Origin: Macrostomum lignano
Taxonomy: Eukaryota
Length of the DNA: 34,150 nucleotides
Assembly (NCBI GenBank): GCA_002269645.1
Contig: NIVC01004825.1
Location: 1 to 34,150, forward strand
Direction of reading: 5' to 3'
Below are positions 11,614 through 23,000 of this stretch, piece by piece. The translations under genes and the position numbers were made by a program. Position 1 is the first letter of the stretch, and every line of letters begins with the position of its first letter. The notes under the pieces were generated by a model. The model ran no database searches and was not told where the DNA came from. It saw nothing but the letters and a program-made list of their open reading frames with translations.

Positions 11614-13106
11614 CCTGTCTAAATAAACATGTTAGTAAATATTTCAGAATGATAAAGAAACTAATTAGCTAAACACAGAAAACATGCTACTCTTTACCAA
11701 GTTAACTCAACTCTTTTCTGGTGGCAAATTTAGTTAAACTACGAACACTAGCACTGCTACTGGATTGTGGATTAATATGCTGCAGCATAATATACTGGCA
11801 TATAGGCGGTGTGTGCCATGTAGTTTTTGTGCTTTCAACATTTTTTCTTGGATTTAGTGCATATTTTCTAGAGTTTTTTCAGGCATATTCCATGTTTTTG
11901 TACATGCTTCTAGGAATTCTATATCAGCAAAAAAACATCCCTTGGTAAAAATTCACCATAAACTAAGTGTCTAGCACTTTCAAGCATTGCTTGATATAAG
12001 GAGCATTGGCATGTATATATTGTCTAGCAAAAATGCTAAATTTATAATAAATTGAGCAGAATTTATAAAAAGTGTCCACAAACTTCTACCATTAAGCAGA
12101 GTACTACAGATATTTGTACTATGCTAAACATATGAAGAAATAAAAAGAATACTTACTTCAAAACTAAAGTCTTAAGTCAAAATTATGCAAACAAAAGGAA
12201 AATTCAAGTTAAATTTGACTGATAACTACAAAATAAAATGTGAAAGGATGAGTACTTTTAAAAGATATATGTAAATATGACTATAATTTATAAAAATATG
12301 GAGCAAAAAGCAAAGCAGAGAAAAAAAACGTAAATATTTGGCAGAATACAATTAATTAGCTATAAAATAATATTAAAGTACTATACTTCAGTTATATTTC
12401 AAATAAAATTTGAAGCTTACACTTACAGTGTAAAACTGATAACAATTGAATATATTACAATTAAAACTTGTACTTGTAGAATATAATATATTGTACAATA
12501 ATTATATATAATGTAGTAGGATACGAATAAATAGCGTAACAAAACCGAATATTATAGCTACAGATTGAAGCTTGAAAATATTTCAGATTTAGATAGCGTT
12601 TGCTTAGATAAGTTGCTTTGAAAATTTGGGGTCAAATTTGTCCTACAGCAATAAACTACTGTTAACATAACCGATTTAAATTTAAATTTTTGTAGAAATT
12701 ATAAGGAACAGAACGACTGAAATGTACAGTTTAATTATTTCAAAATTAAATAATTTCGAATTCTATTTTACCTTATTGCTTTCTTCAATTAAATTTTGTT
12801 ATACAATTTATAAAATGCCTATTTTCAAAATATACCTCAAAAAGTAAGTTCAACAGCTTTAAAAATGCGCACGTTTTTACACTTCACGGCTCCAAAAAGT
12901 CACCATAGAAGATTTTTGCAGGACGCAAGACTTTTTACGTTACAAAATAGCACTTTTATGTGCATTTTTTATTCAGTTTCAAAAGGCTTTTTAGTTACCT
13001 ATTTGGTATTTTTTGTTTTAAAGATTTTTGCGAAATCAGGTCATTTTAACTTGTTACGAAACTGTGGACCCACACTTTTACGCAACGCAATGCGCATGAT
13101 GTCATC

Positions 13107-14196
13107 TTAAAGCACTTGCTAAATGCTATTTATTGACACTACACTGAAGGCCTGGCGTAGGATAGTTAATAAATGGCAGCGTGAAATATAGCAAAAAAAC
13201 GCATAGTACCGGAACCTCGTAATTCGGTAAAATGTTAATAGCGTCAAAATACGAATTTTCGCACACTAACGAAGATGGCAGTCATCTGTACGTGTTTACT
13301 GGGCACAATAGTGCTCTTGGAAGCTAAGAACCTCATAGCGAAAATTAATATATTTTCCGCCCTATGTAGTGCTCAAATGGGTTGTTTTTGCACAAAATCA
13401 CGTTTTTCGATTTTGAGAGTCAATTAAAAATTTTTTTTGCAACTGACAGACGTGAATGTCACTTTTTCTGAGAGTATTCATCTAGATGTTTCTAATAAGT
13501 ACTAATATGGGTCATTCTTATGCTTCACCTATCCTTAGTATAGGTACAAAGTCATTATTTCATTTCCAGCAAGTCACGTGACCTGGCCTGAGGTGTACAA
13601 CGCATCGTGCAATGCCAGCGAACATACACTCAAATTAAAGCACTTTTTAAATGCTAACTATTGACACCACACTGAAGGCCTGGCGTAGCATCGTTAATAA
13701 ATGGCAGCGTGAAATATAGCAAAAAAACGCATAACACCGGAACCTCGTAATTCGGTAAATGTTATTAGCGTAAAAATACGAATTTTCGCACACTAACGAA
13801 GATAGCAGTCATCTGTACGTGTTTACTGGGCACAATAGTGCTCTTGGAAGCTAAGAACCTCATAGCGAAAATCAATAAATTTTTCACCCTATGTGTGCTC
13901 ATATAGGTTGTTTTTGCACAAAATCACGTTTTTCGATTTTAAAAGTCAATTATAACAAAATTTTGCAACTGACAGACGTGAATATCATTTTTTCTGACAG
14001 TAGTCATCTAGGTGTTTCTAATAAGTACAAATTTTGGTTCATTCTTACGCTTCACCTATCCTTAGTATAGGTACAAAGTCATTATTTCATTTCCAGCAAG
14101 TCACGTGACCTGACCTGAGGTGTACAACGCATCGTGCAATGACAGCGAACATACATTCAAATTAAAGTACATCTAAAATGTAGTTCAATGACACCA
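13107..14196. repeat. Direct tandem duplication, period about 527-528 bp, slightly more than two copies
   Basis: ACTGAAGGCCTGGCGTAG at 13143 and 13671; GCGAACATACA at 13618 and 14145. The copies align along their whole length at roughly 90% identity by eye. Confidence 0.95.
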
Positions 14197-14720
14197 AGCG
14201 CGTCGCGCTCCGGTAATCCGCTCAAAAGTTACAGGCTAAAAAGTATGTTCGATATGCAAGCCCCCCGTACCGTCGTTAAAGTACATTTCTGTACCGGCAG
14301 CGACTTCAATAAACTAAGACGAAATTTCAAAATATACATATTGTGCGCAATTTAGTTGTGCACCTTGCCTAAAAAGTCTGATTTTCCTAGCATGTCGTCG
14401 TTTCTTATTTTTTGTACATTTGTATCATGAAAAATACATAAAAATAGCCTAAATCACGTTTATCGACTTTAGCAGTGTATGGCTCAGAGTCAGTGCAACG
14501 AAACGGCTCAAAATGTATTATAAACATGTAGATCTTACCTAAATGACCGCATTCATGTACTTTTTAGAGTCTCGCAACAAGGTTGAATTTCCTTTATTTC
14601 GGTTCGAATACCTACCCGTCGAATATTCGAATGTAATTAACAGGTGCGAATGTACAGTTAAAGTGAGTATCTTGGTTAAAGTCGTGCGTCATGTAAGAGT
14701 CCCAGGTGCCATTGTTAGAA

Positions 14721-14768
14721 TGACGCAGCTCAAAGGTCGCGCTGACGCGCGACCTTTGAGCTGCGTCA
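14721..14768. repeat. Perfect 22-bp inverted repeat with 4-nt loop (hairpin/cruciform)
   Basis: TGACGCAGCTCAAAGGTCGCGC (14721-14742), loop TGAC, GCGCGACCTTTGAGCTGCGTCA (14747-14768). Confidence 0.95.
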
Positions 14769-14987
14769 GTTGAAAGTTGATAAAAATGCGCATTTTTTGA
14801 CACTTAAAAAACACACTTTTACAGAATTACCTATCAAGGTAAGCATTTAGCGGAAAATAACCAATCAGTGTCTTGAAGGTCTGAAAATTCGCCAAAAGTT
14901 GGGTTCAATCAATTTTTGACTCCATATTGTGAATCCTTATTTTTTGAGATTCAAGATTTGGACGGGTCTAAAAAAAGTCACTTTTTT

Positions 14988-15022
14988 GTTGCCATGGCAA
15001 CCAAGACGCGTTGCTATGGAAC
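14988..15022. promoter_or_regulatory. Two adjacent RFX X-box-like palindromes
   Basis: GTTGCCATGGCAAC (14988-15001, perfect palindrome matching the X-box consensus) and GTTGCTATGGAAC (15010-15022). Motif match only; function not shown. Confidence 0.35.
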
Positions 15023-15181
15023 TTTCACGTCACACATCTTGTAGCCCTAAATGTTTTACGTCCATAGAGGGGTCACACATGGTTTCATCTCAAGTGGTTT
15101 TAACTCTGCATCAATTTTATTTTCTAAAACGTTGATTTTACGTTGGGGGAGTCTCCGGGACATCTTATCTCGGTCTCGTTT

Positions 15182-15283
15182 GTCCGAAAAAATTGCCAAC
15201 GAGGAGCTACGCTCGCTTCGCTCGCTTCGCTCCTCGTTGGCAATTTTTCCGGACTGCACTTCGACCTAACTAGGGTAGTATAA
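15182..15283. mobile_element. Putative terminus of a Helentron/HINE-type element: 26-bp stem with a triple mini-hairpin loop, followed by GACCTAACTAGGGTAGTATAA
   Basis: Arms 15182-15207 and 15229-15254 have 1 mismatch. The downstream motif resembles the terminal palindrome plus TAGTATAA at 32899-32928. Confidence 0.55.
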
Positions 15284-17273
15284 ACAGCAATTGCTGTAAA
15301 TTTGACTTTAAGTTGTTAATATATACGATGCACTTACTAGCGTCAGCAAATTGGGTCACTCCGTGTTTCGGATGGATTACTGTTACAACGGCTAAACGGC
15401 ACTTAAGAAGTTAAGCCTGAATGTAGCTTTTCTGACAAGTATGCTGTAGGGGTTCCCACCATTTGCTCCACCTCATGTATTTTATTTTTGGTGGTAGACT
15501 TGTCGGATTTATCACTCACAATTACTGTGATAAGATTACAGCTCAGCCGTTGATGACTTAGAATTCATCAACAAGGTGGACTTGATCTGCTGTGCTGGAA
15601 GAGTCACTGCTGTTGAGTTATTCTTCTGTTGCTTGAATGCACTTTTCTAAGCGCAACGCTACAGTCTACCTGGCTTTAAATATGGGCACACACCCAAGAA
15701 AATTGATCATCCGTCTTTACTACGAGTTTAGGCTAGGGGCCTGGGATGCATAGGAAGGATGCAATAGTCATTAAGTAATGCTAGGTGTCAACGTGTTTAC
15801 TTCGGATTATTCGCACTTTGAATTACAACACAAAATACAATAAACTACAATTTCATTTTCTGCGATGGACTCATAGCTAGGTACAAAGAAGTTTTGCGCT
15901 TAAGACTGAAGCTCAACGACTTCAATTTAACGCCTAAGCCCATTTTTGTTAATTTTTGTTGTGGAGCCCGATTTTTTCTATAGAGATGTTCCCGATTTTC
16001 CGGAATAGCTGTCTGATATGCTTTGCTTTATATTGCTGTGCATATTATCCATCGGTAATACGATCGAGCAGCTGTTTATAGTATTATTAAGCATTAATTA
16101 TTAATATTACCAAAATCTCAAGCTGCAAAATTTCGTGGCCTATGACACTGCATTTGTGACTGTTCTTTTGTCTACATTTTAAATTATGTATGTTTCATTG
16201 GTGACTTTGCCTTGGCAACTCAGCAGCAAGCATAGTCATCTTGAAAACAAATTTTAGAGATTTTGTATAGGGGATAGTTGAATATTCGTGCTGCACCTTG
16301 TAATCGACACTCTAAATTCGTTTCGTAGCAGTTTTTAATCAACAAAAATTTTATTGAACAAAAATAAAAACAGTATGAAGCAAATTTTCTTCTACAAACA
16401 CCTACCAGTAAGGTTTGACTTGCTTGCTGCTACATCAAGGGAAGGGCCTCCCTCTAGGTAATCAAAAAACCCTGATGAACGGAGCCAATGCAAATAGGAA
16501 GCAGACAACATACATTTTTTGCTGTCAAGAGATCATAGGATTTGTTAGGCTTACAAATTTCGGAAGAGATTATTGAAGGCATGCAGTTCATTAACAGTAA
16601 TTATTAAAGCCTGTTTCACGTTTCTCAGTAATGGAATTCTAGGTTGTAGGTCAAGGATTAGAATTTAACAGTTATTTCAAAATGAACTTTGAAATTTAGT
16701 CTTGTGCCACAGCTAATGTCCGAAATTGTCTGCTTCTGAGTCACGACGAGAGGGAATTGAAATAAGTTTCCTGGAAGCTATCAATTCTAAAAGGCCTGGC
16801 TTCCATTTGTCAATAAAATGCAACTAACTGTTCGGACTGAAGGCTTTTTATTACAACACAACAATTCATGTTTTCAAATATACCCGTATCATATACACGT
16901 GGCAGACAGCTTCTTTGTTAGACGGCTTGAGTCCAAATGCATAGCTACATAGCGTAATTTATTTTGTTGTTCGGCATGTAAGACAGGCCGAATGAGGCTA
17001 TCATCGAGTAACGCCTTATTCTTCATTATTTTTGCTAAGCAATTGTTTTAGTGTACATAGGTGCCGATATGTATCAAAAATAAAAAAATTACGTTTGCTT
17101 CAGTGCAAGCGTTTGTTGCTCTTCGATTAGCTACATGAGATTGTTGCTTGCTATAGTGCAAAACTGATTAAATAATTGCTGATGCCGCTGATAAACTGCT
17201 GAATGTATTACTTAACTGTTTTGGATTTTGGGAACTATTACCTGGAGAGGAAGTTTTTCTAAAAATATTTTAG

Positions 17274-17396
17274 AGCCACCCGGAAGGGGGCTAAATGGCT
17301 AGTCCTTATATACTAAAAATGTGATGTTTATATATGTGATAGATTAGAGAAAAAACGGCTTAACCGATTTTCATGAGACTTGCACTGTTCGATCAG
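17274..17396 (+). mobile_element. Head-to-tail Helitron junction: 3' end of one non-autonomous Helitron abutting the 5' end of another
   Basis: Hairpin AGCC-A-CCC-GGAA-GGG-GGCT (17274-17292), 6 nt, CTAG (17299-17302), immediately followed by TC-CTTATATACTAAAAAT...AACCGATTTTCATGAGACTTGCAC. The latter is homologous to the start of the element at 33296 on the minus strand. Confidence 0.6.
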
Positions 17397-19578
17397 ACCT
17401 GTTAGTCTCACATCGATCTGCGCCAAGATTATGGAACGCATGGTCCTGGACCGCCTTTTTCATTGGATTGAGACCTTCAACATCCTCAAACCCTGGCAAG
17501 CGGGCTTCCAAAGAGGCCGCAGCTGTGAGGAGCAGGTCGCCCGTCTGGTCCAATCGATCCAAGACGGGTGGGAACGCAAACCTCCCCTCAAGACAGCGGC
17601 TACCGCCCTAGATTGCTCCAAAGCCTTCGACACAGTTTGGCACGACAAGCTCATTAATCGGATGATGGACGAAGACATGCCCGATCGTATGACGCATTGG
17701 CTAGCCAACTTTCTGGAAGGTAGAACTATCTGTGCCAAAATCGGCAACACCACCGGGAAGTGGCGCCGCATCACCAGTGGAGTTCCTCAGGGAGCGGTGT
17801 GCTCCCCGGTCCTTTTCCTCCTTTACGTCAATGATTGGACTGGCTTCCCTGAAACTGAAGTTCAACTTGGAGGATTCGCTGACGACCTCTGCCTATGGGC
17901 TACTGACAGTAGCCTTCAGAACCTCACCAGAAAGCTACAGAGCGCCCTGGACTTCATCGAAACCTGGACCAGAGACCTCCGTATCTCGGTTAACCCAGCC
18001 AAAACCCAGGCGTGCCTCTTCTCTAGGAACCGGGCCGACTTTGATCGGCCACCTGATCTCCATCTTGCCGGCACTCAACTTCGCTTCACTGAGTCTCTCA
18101 AATACCTCGGTATATGGATCGACCGTGGACTCATCTTTGCTCAACAAGTCAAGACGGTCAAAGAAAAGATGGCCAAACGCACCAACATCGTGAGAGCGCT
18201 AGCGCAAAGGAGCTGGGGCTGGGACCGTAAGCTGCTGATGCGTACGTACACCGCCATGGTCGAATCTGTCATATGGCACGCGGCAGCGGCCTGGCTACCT
18301 TGACTATCCAAAAGCCGGTTGAACGAACTCGAACGGGCTCAACGGGCAGCACTCAGAATCGTGGCCGGCCTCCCTAAATCCACTCCGGAGGAGGCCGTAT
18401 ACCTCGAACTCGGAACCGTTCCCATTTCCGTTGAAGGACACAGAAGAGCCCTGCTGGCTGTCGAGAAGGCCCTCAGGCGGCCTGCCTACGACCCTTGGCG
18501 CAGCCTCTGCGAAGACCAAAGCCGGCGCAGGCTCAAAGCTAACAAAGGCCTCCGGGACCAAGCCAAGCTGGAATCCGAGCAGATTCTGCATTGCCCACGC
18601 CGGGAATCGAACTGGATCAGGAACGAGCCCTGGCTTCCGAGAATTGAGGATCGGGTCACCCTTTGCGAACACCTGACTCAGCCGATCTCCAGGAACGATC
18701 CACCAGAGACCAGGCGGTCGGCGACGGAAGACACCATTCAATCATGGGGCGACCGCAAGATCCACTACTTCACCGACGGGTCTGCATCAGAAGGAACTGA
18801 GAATGGAGGGGCAGCCTGTGTGGCGGTCGCCCCTATCTCGGGCCAGGTGGTTTGGATTGAGGGAGCTGCTACCGGGCGTTGGTGTAGCTCGTTCCAAGCT
18901 GAACTCTCAGCTCTGCACCTCGCCCTGGATCACATCCTTGAGACTAAACAGGACTCTGCCCTGGTCCTCACCGACAGCCGATCGGCCATTGCGGCGCTCA
19001 AAGGTCGGCAACACTCCCTGAACCCTCTGCTCGAGTCGCTCAAGCGCAAGCTGACACAGGTGGAGAGCCACGCCGACGTGGTCCTGCAGTGGATCCCAGG
19101 TCATTCTGGGACTCCCGGTAACGAGAGAGCCGACGTCGAGGCCAAGAACGCCTGTCTGCTCCCCAGGACATTCTAGAGATCGACATCGAGGCCGCCCGCA
19201 GCCGTGTACGCCGTCTCATCAACTACAAGCCTCTCCTGAATGACCGGCTGAAGCGGATCTACAGCAAGACCCCCTCGATGCCCGCTCGCCCCCGCGCGCT
19301 TCAGGTTTCCATAGCTCAAATGCGAGCCGGTCACGATCCTTCCACGGCGTACTATCAGCACCGAATTGGCTCTAGGGAGGATAGCAGATGCCCCCGGTGC
19401 GACCTCTATGAAGACAAGGACCACTTCCTCGAATGTCCGGCCCTGGCAAGAGCTCGGCACGCGACGGACCTACACCAACTGGAGGACTTGGCCGATGGCG
19501 ATCTGGTGGCTAGGTTCTTGGACTGCCTGCATAGGCAGCCCTAGACCACCTTCCGCAAACAACAACAACAACAACAAC
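17391..19578 (+). mobile_element. 5'-truncated non-LTR retrotransposon (I-group type, RT + RNase H + CCHC) with (AAC)7 tail
   Basis: RT motifs RPVSLTS, QAGFQRGRS, LDCSKAFDTVWH, GVPQGAVCSP, FADD, KYLGI. RNase H D-E-D-D residues (TDGS, QAEL, TDSR, ERAD). C-terminal QMRAGH and CPRC...HFLEC. Stop at 19542-19544, then a very short UTR and (AAC)7 at 19558-19578. Confidence 0.93.
17392..19544 (+). pseudogene. LINE ORF2 remnant (reverse transcriptase-RNase H-zinc knuckle) with one nonsense codon and one frameshift
   Basis: ORFs 17380..18303 and 18319..19176 share a frame, separated by TGA at 18301-18303 (likely TGG>TGA). A 1-nt loss in the C-run at about 19161-19164 shifts the sequence into the frame of ORF 19278..19544. 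Confidence 0.9.
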
Positions 19579-20167
19579 AGCAGCAGGAGCAGCAGGAGAA
19601 GCAGCAACAGCAGCAGCACAAGCAACGGCCGGACAACTCGGACAAGCACAAGTGACAGCAGCAGCCTGCTTATGCTTATTTAAGATTTCTTAAATAAATC
19701 TTATTTGAGAATAAAATATCTTGAAAATAAAATTTGTTACCCTTGTTTAATATCGTCTTTATTAATTTGCAACGAAAAATCGAATACACGTATTAGCAAA
19801 ATGGAATCTGAGAGAATCATGCATACTAAGTTCTGACTGAAATGAAATTGGACCTAATGCAATCATTCGAGTTGATTAAAACAATCGCTGCTACTATACT
19901 ACTACTAACACGAAGCAGTTATGACACAATAAATTTGTTTTAAATTAAATTAAATTAGTCTATTAAACTGAACAATATCGTCTTTATTAATTTCCAACGA
20001 ATTATCGAATAAAGACAGAACAGTTCAAAGCTATAGTCAAAAGGATAAGAACTAAGATGTTTTTGCAGAAGGCTTCGCCAAGATTGGTAAGATTAATAAA
20101 CAGACAAGAAAATATAGCTTTCACAAAGATCACAGTCATTACCCCTAAATAGAAAATATTCCCAAGA

Positions 20168-20412
20168 CAGCAAGCATCCCCCCAGTAGCAAGCATCCCCT
20201 AATACTCCTAGCAAGCATCCACCCAGATAGCAAGCATCTGCAGATAGCAAGCATCTTGCAGATAGCAAGCATCTTGCAGATAGCAAGCATACCCCAAATA
20301 ATGTAGAAGCATCCTTCCAGATAGCAAGCATCCCCCAAATAATGTAGAAGCATCCTTCCAGATAGCAAGCATCCTGCACATAGCAAGAATCCCTAAATAG
20401 CAAGCATCCCTG
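20168..20412. repeat. Minisatellite with core (G)ATAGCAAGCATCC/T, 17-40 bp units
   Basis: About ten copies of AGCAAGCATC or AGAAGCATCC, including three consecutive 17-bp CAGATAGCAAGCATCTG/TTG units. Confidence 0.9.
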
Positions 20413-20440
20413 GATAGAAATAATCCTATACATGTAGCCA

Positions 20441-21823
20441 AGCTTATCAAGCGTAGTAATCCTTGGCTATCGAGTGTAGTAATCCTTGGTTTATTAATAG
20501 CAATAATCCTTGGCTTATCGAGTGCAGTAATCCTTGGTTTATTAATAGCAATAATCCTTGGCTTATCGAGTGCAGTAATCCTTGGTTTATTAATAGCAAT
20601 AATCCATGGCTTATCGAGTGCAGTAATCCTTGGTTTATTAATAGCAATAATCCTTGGCTTATCGAGTGCAATAATCCTTGGTTTATTAATAGCAACAATC
20701 CATGGCTTATCGAGTGCAGTAATCGTTGGTTCGGGTTGCATTAATCCTTCGTTTATTAATAGCAATAATCCTTGGCTTATCGAGTGCAGTAATCCTTGGT
20801 TTAGTAATAGCAATAATCCATGGCTTATCGAGTGCAGTAATCCTTGGTTTGCCAAGTGCAGTAATCGATAAGCCATCGAGTGCAGTAATCCTTGGTTCGG
20901 GTTGCATTAATCCTTGGTTGATTAATAGCAATAATCCTTGGCTTATCGAGTGCAGTAATCCTTGGTTTATTAATAGCAATAATCCATGGCTTATCGAGTG
21001 CAGTAATCCTTGGTTTGCCAAGTGCAGTAATCCTTGGTTTATTAATAGCAATAATCCATGGCTTATCGAGTGCAGTAATCCTTGGTTTATTAATAGCAAT
21101 AATCCTTGGCTTATCGAGTGCAGTAATCCTTGGTTTATTAATAGCAATAATCCTTGGCTTATCGAGTGCAGTAATCCTTGGTTTATTAATAGCAATAATC
21201 CTTGATTAATCAAGTGCAGTAATCCTTGGTTTGCCAAGAGCAATAGTCCTTGGTTTATTGAGTGCAGTAATCCTTGGTTTATTAATAGCAATAATCCTTG
21301 GCTTATTGAGTGCAGTAATCCTTGGTTTGCCAAGTGCAGTAATCCTTGGTTTATTAATAGCAATAATCCATGGCTTATCGAGTGCAGTAATCCTTGGTTT
21401 ATTAATAGCAATAATCCATGGCTTATCGAGTGCAGTAATCCTTGGTTTATTAATAGCAATAATCCTTGGCTTATCGAGTGCAGTAATCCTTGGTTTATAA
21501 TAGCAATAATCTTTGGCTTATCGAGTGCAGTAATCCTTGGTTTATTAATAGCAATAATCTTTGGCTTATCGAGTGCAGTAATCCTTGGTTTGCCAAGAGC
21601 AATAGTCCTTGGTTTATTGAGTGCAGTAATCCTTGGTTTATTAATAGCAATAATCCTTGGCTTATTGAGTGCAGTAATCCTTGGTTTATTAATAGCAATA
21701 ATCCTTGATTAATCAAGTGCATTAATCCTTGGTTTATTAATAGCAATAATCCTTGGCTTTTTGAGTGCAGTAATCCTTGGTTTGCCAAGAGCAATAATCC
21801 TTAGCTTATCGAGTGCAGTAATC
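20441..21823. repeat. Minisatellite of 48-bp units built from two related 24-bp subunits (AGTGCAGTAATCCTTGGTTTATTA / ATAGCAATAATCCTTGGCTTATCG)
   Basis: Continuous tandem array with occasional shorter GCCAAG variants. The 48-bp period explains the 16-aa periodic pseudo-ORFs on both strands. Confidence 0.97.
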
Positions 21824-22087
21824 TAAGTATAGGTACATAGTTTTGATTTTTAGTATATTGGATTGGGGGCATTGCTGAGATGTCAAGGGGGGAAGTTGAT
21901 ATGTTAAAGCTTTAGGGGGGAATCACTGACATGTCAAGGCTTACAAGGTTTGACAGGAGATTTTTTTAAGATTTCAAGGATACATGTAGCTTATTAAAAA
22001 AACGTGTATTGCATTTCTTTGGCTCCCCAACGGGGGGCGTAGATTGCTAGATTAGAACTATGCGTAGAATTCGATGATCGTACGCCC

Positions 22088-22212
22088 ACACTTCCACCTT
22101 CCACTCTCCCTCTCCCAACCTCCCTCGCTTCCACTCCCCCCACTCTCCCTCCCTTCAACCCCCACTCGCTCTTACTCGCTTATCTTACCCCCCCTCTTCC
22201 CATCATTCCTTA
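22088..22212. repeat. C-rich polypyrimidine / G-rich polypurine tract
   Basis: About 125 nt composed almost entirely of C/T on the + strand (CTTCCACCTTCCACTCTCCCTCTCCC...). Confidence 0.8.
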
Positions 22213-22863
22213 ACCCTAACAAGTGCAATAGCTATAGCTAAAGGTATAACTTTTCACGTATTTGACATTACCCTTTAAATATTTCAGCAATGTCTATTGA
22301 GAAAACGCCAAACTTTAGTTGGGAAAACTATTCCTTTGAGGAAGTGGTCGAAGAAGCGGTAGAAGACGGACAAGTGCGACCGCTTCCGGATCCGCCAGAG
22401 GTGCCGGTTTTTAATTTTCAATGTCGATATATATTTCGCCATTTCGCGGTAAGAGACTTTTTTATCACGGCAACCACCTCTTTCGTGTTTAATCTCTCTT
22501 AATCTCTCCTCTTCCGCCTCTTAATTTAGCCAAATCTTGGACAGGGCATCTCCAAGCGAATCGATTGCGTATATTTTGTACCTCATAATGATAACATAGC
22601 TTTTCAATAACATCAAATATTTTTCCTACGTAATTACCAGGCCAACAGCAAAAACAATGCCAGCCAAACTGCCTCGCCTGCTACCTTGCCTTCTGCCTCG
22701 CCTGCTGGGCCGATCATCGCAAATAGCAAAGCAAAAAGCAAGGTAGGATGCTATTTTTTAAACACTTGCCAAATAAAGATATAAAAAAAATTGATATTTG
22801 ATATAGATATCCAATACCTCATAATATAACGCACATTACATTTTCACATTATAAATGTGAAAC

Positions 22864-23000
22864 GCTTCCTGTCTCTCATTCGCCAGTACATCAGCTTCCT
22901 GTCGCCAGTATCTCAGCTTCCTGTCTCTCATTCGCCAGTATCTCAGCTTCCTATCTCTCATTCGCTAGAATCTCAGCTTCTTGTGTCTCATTCGCCAGCA
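22864..23000. repeat. Short tandem repeat, 30-bp unit GCTTCCTGTCTCTCATTCGCCAGTATCTCA, about 4.5 copies
   Basis: Units read directly; the second copy has an internal deletion. Confidence 0.9.

Noticed and set aside
18301-18303. In-frame TGA in the LINE as a recoded Trp or programmed read-through
   Set aside because: The same copy also has a frameshift, and the transposase gene gives no sign of a variant code; a simple TGG>TGA mutation is sufficient.
20002-21794. Long LLLINQGLLHSISQG / SSAVILGLLIAII ORFs that look like membrane or LRR proteins
   Set aside because: They are produced by the 48-bp and 17-bp tandem repeats, are open on both strands, and have no unique flanking domain.
22290-22600. 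Short ORFs on both strands next to an acceptor-like site
   Set aside because: No recognisable motif and no consistent exon chain.
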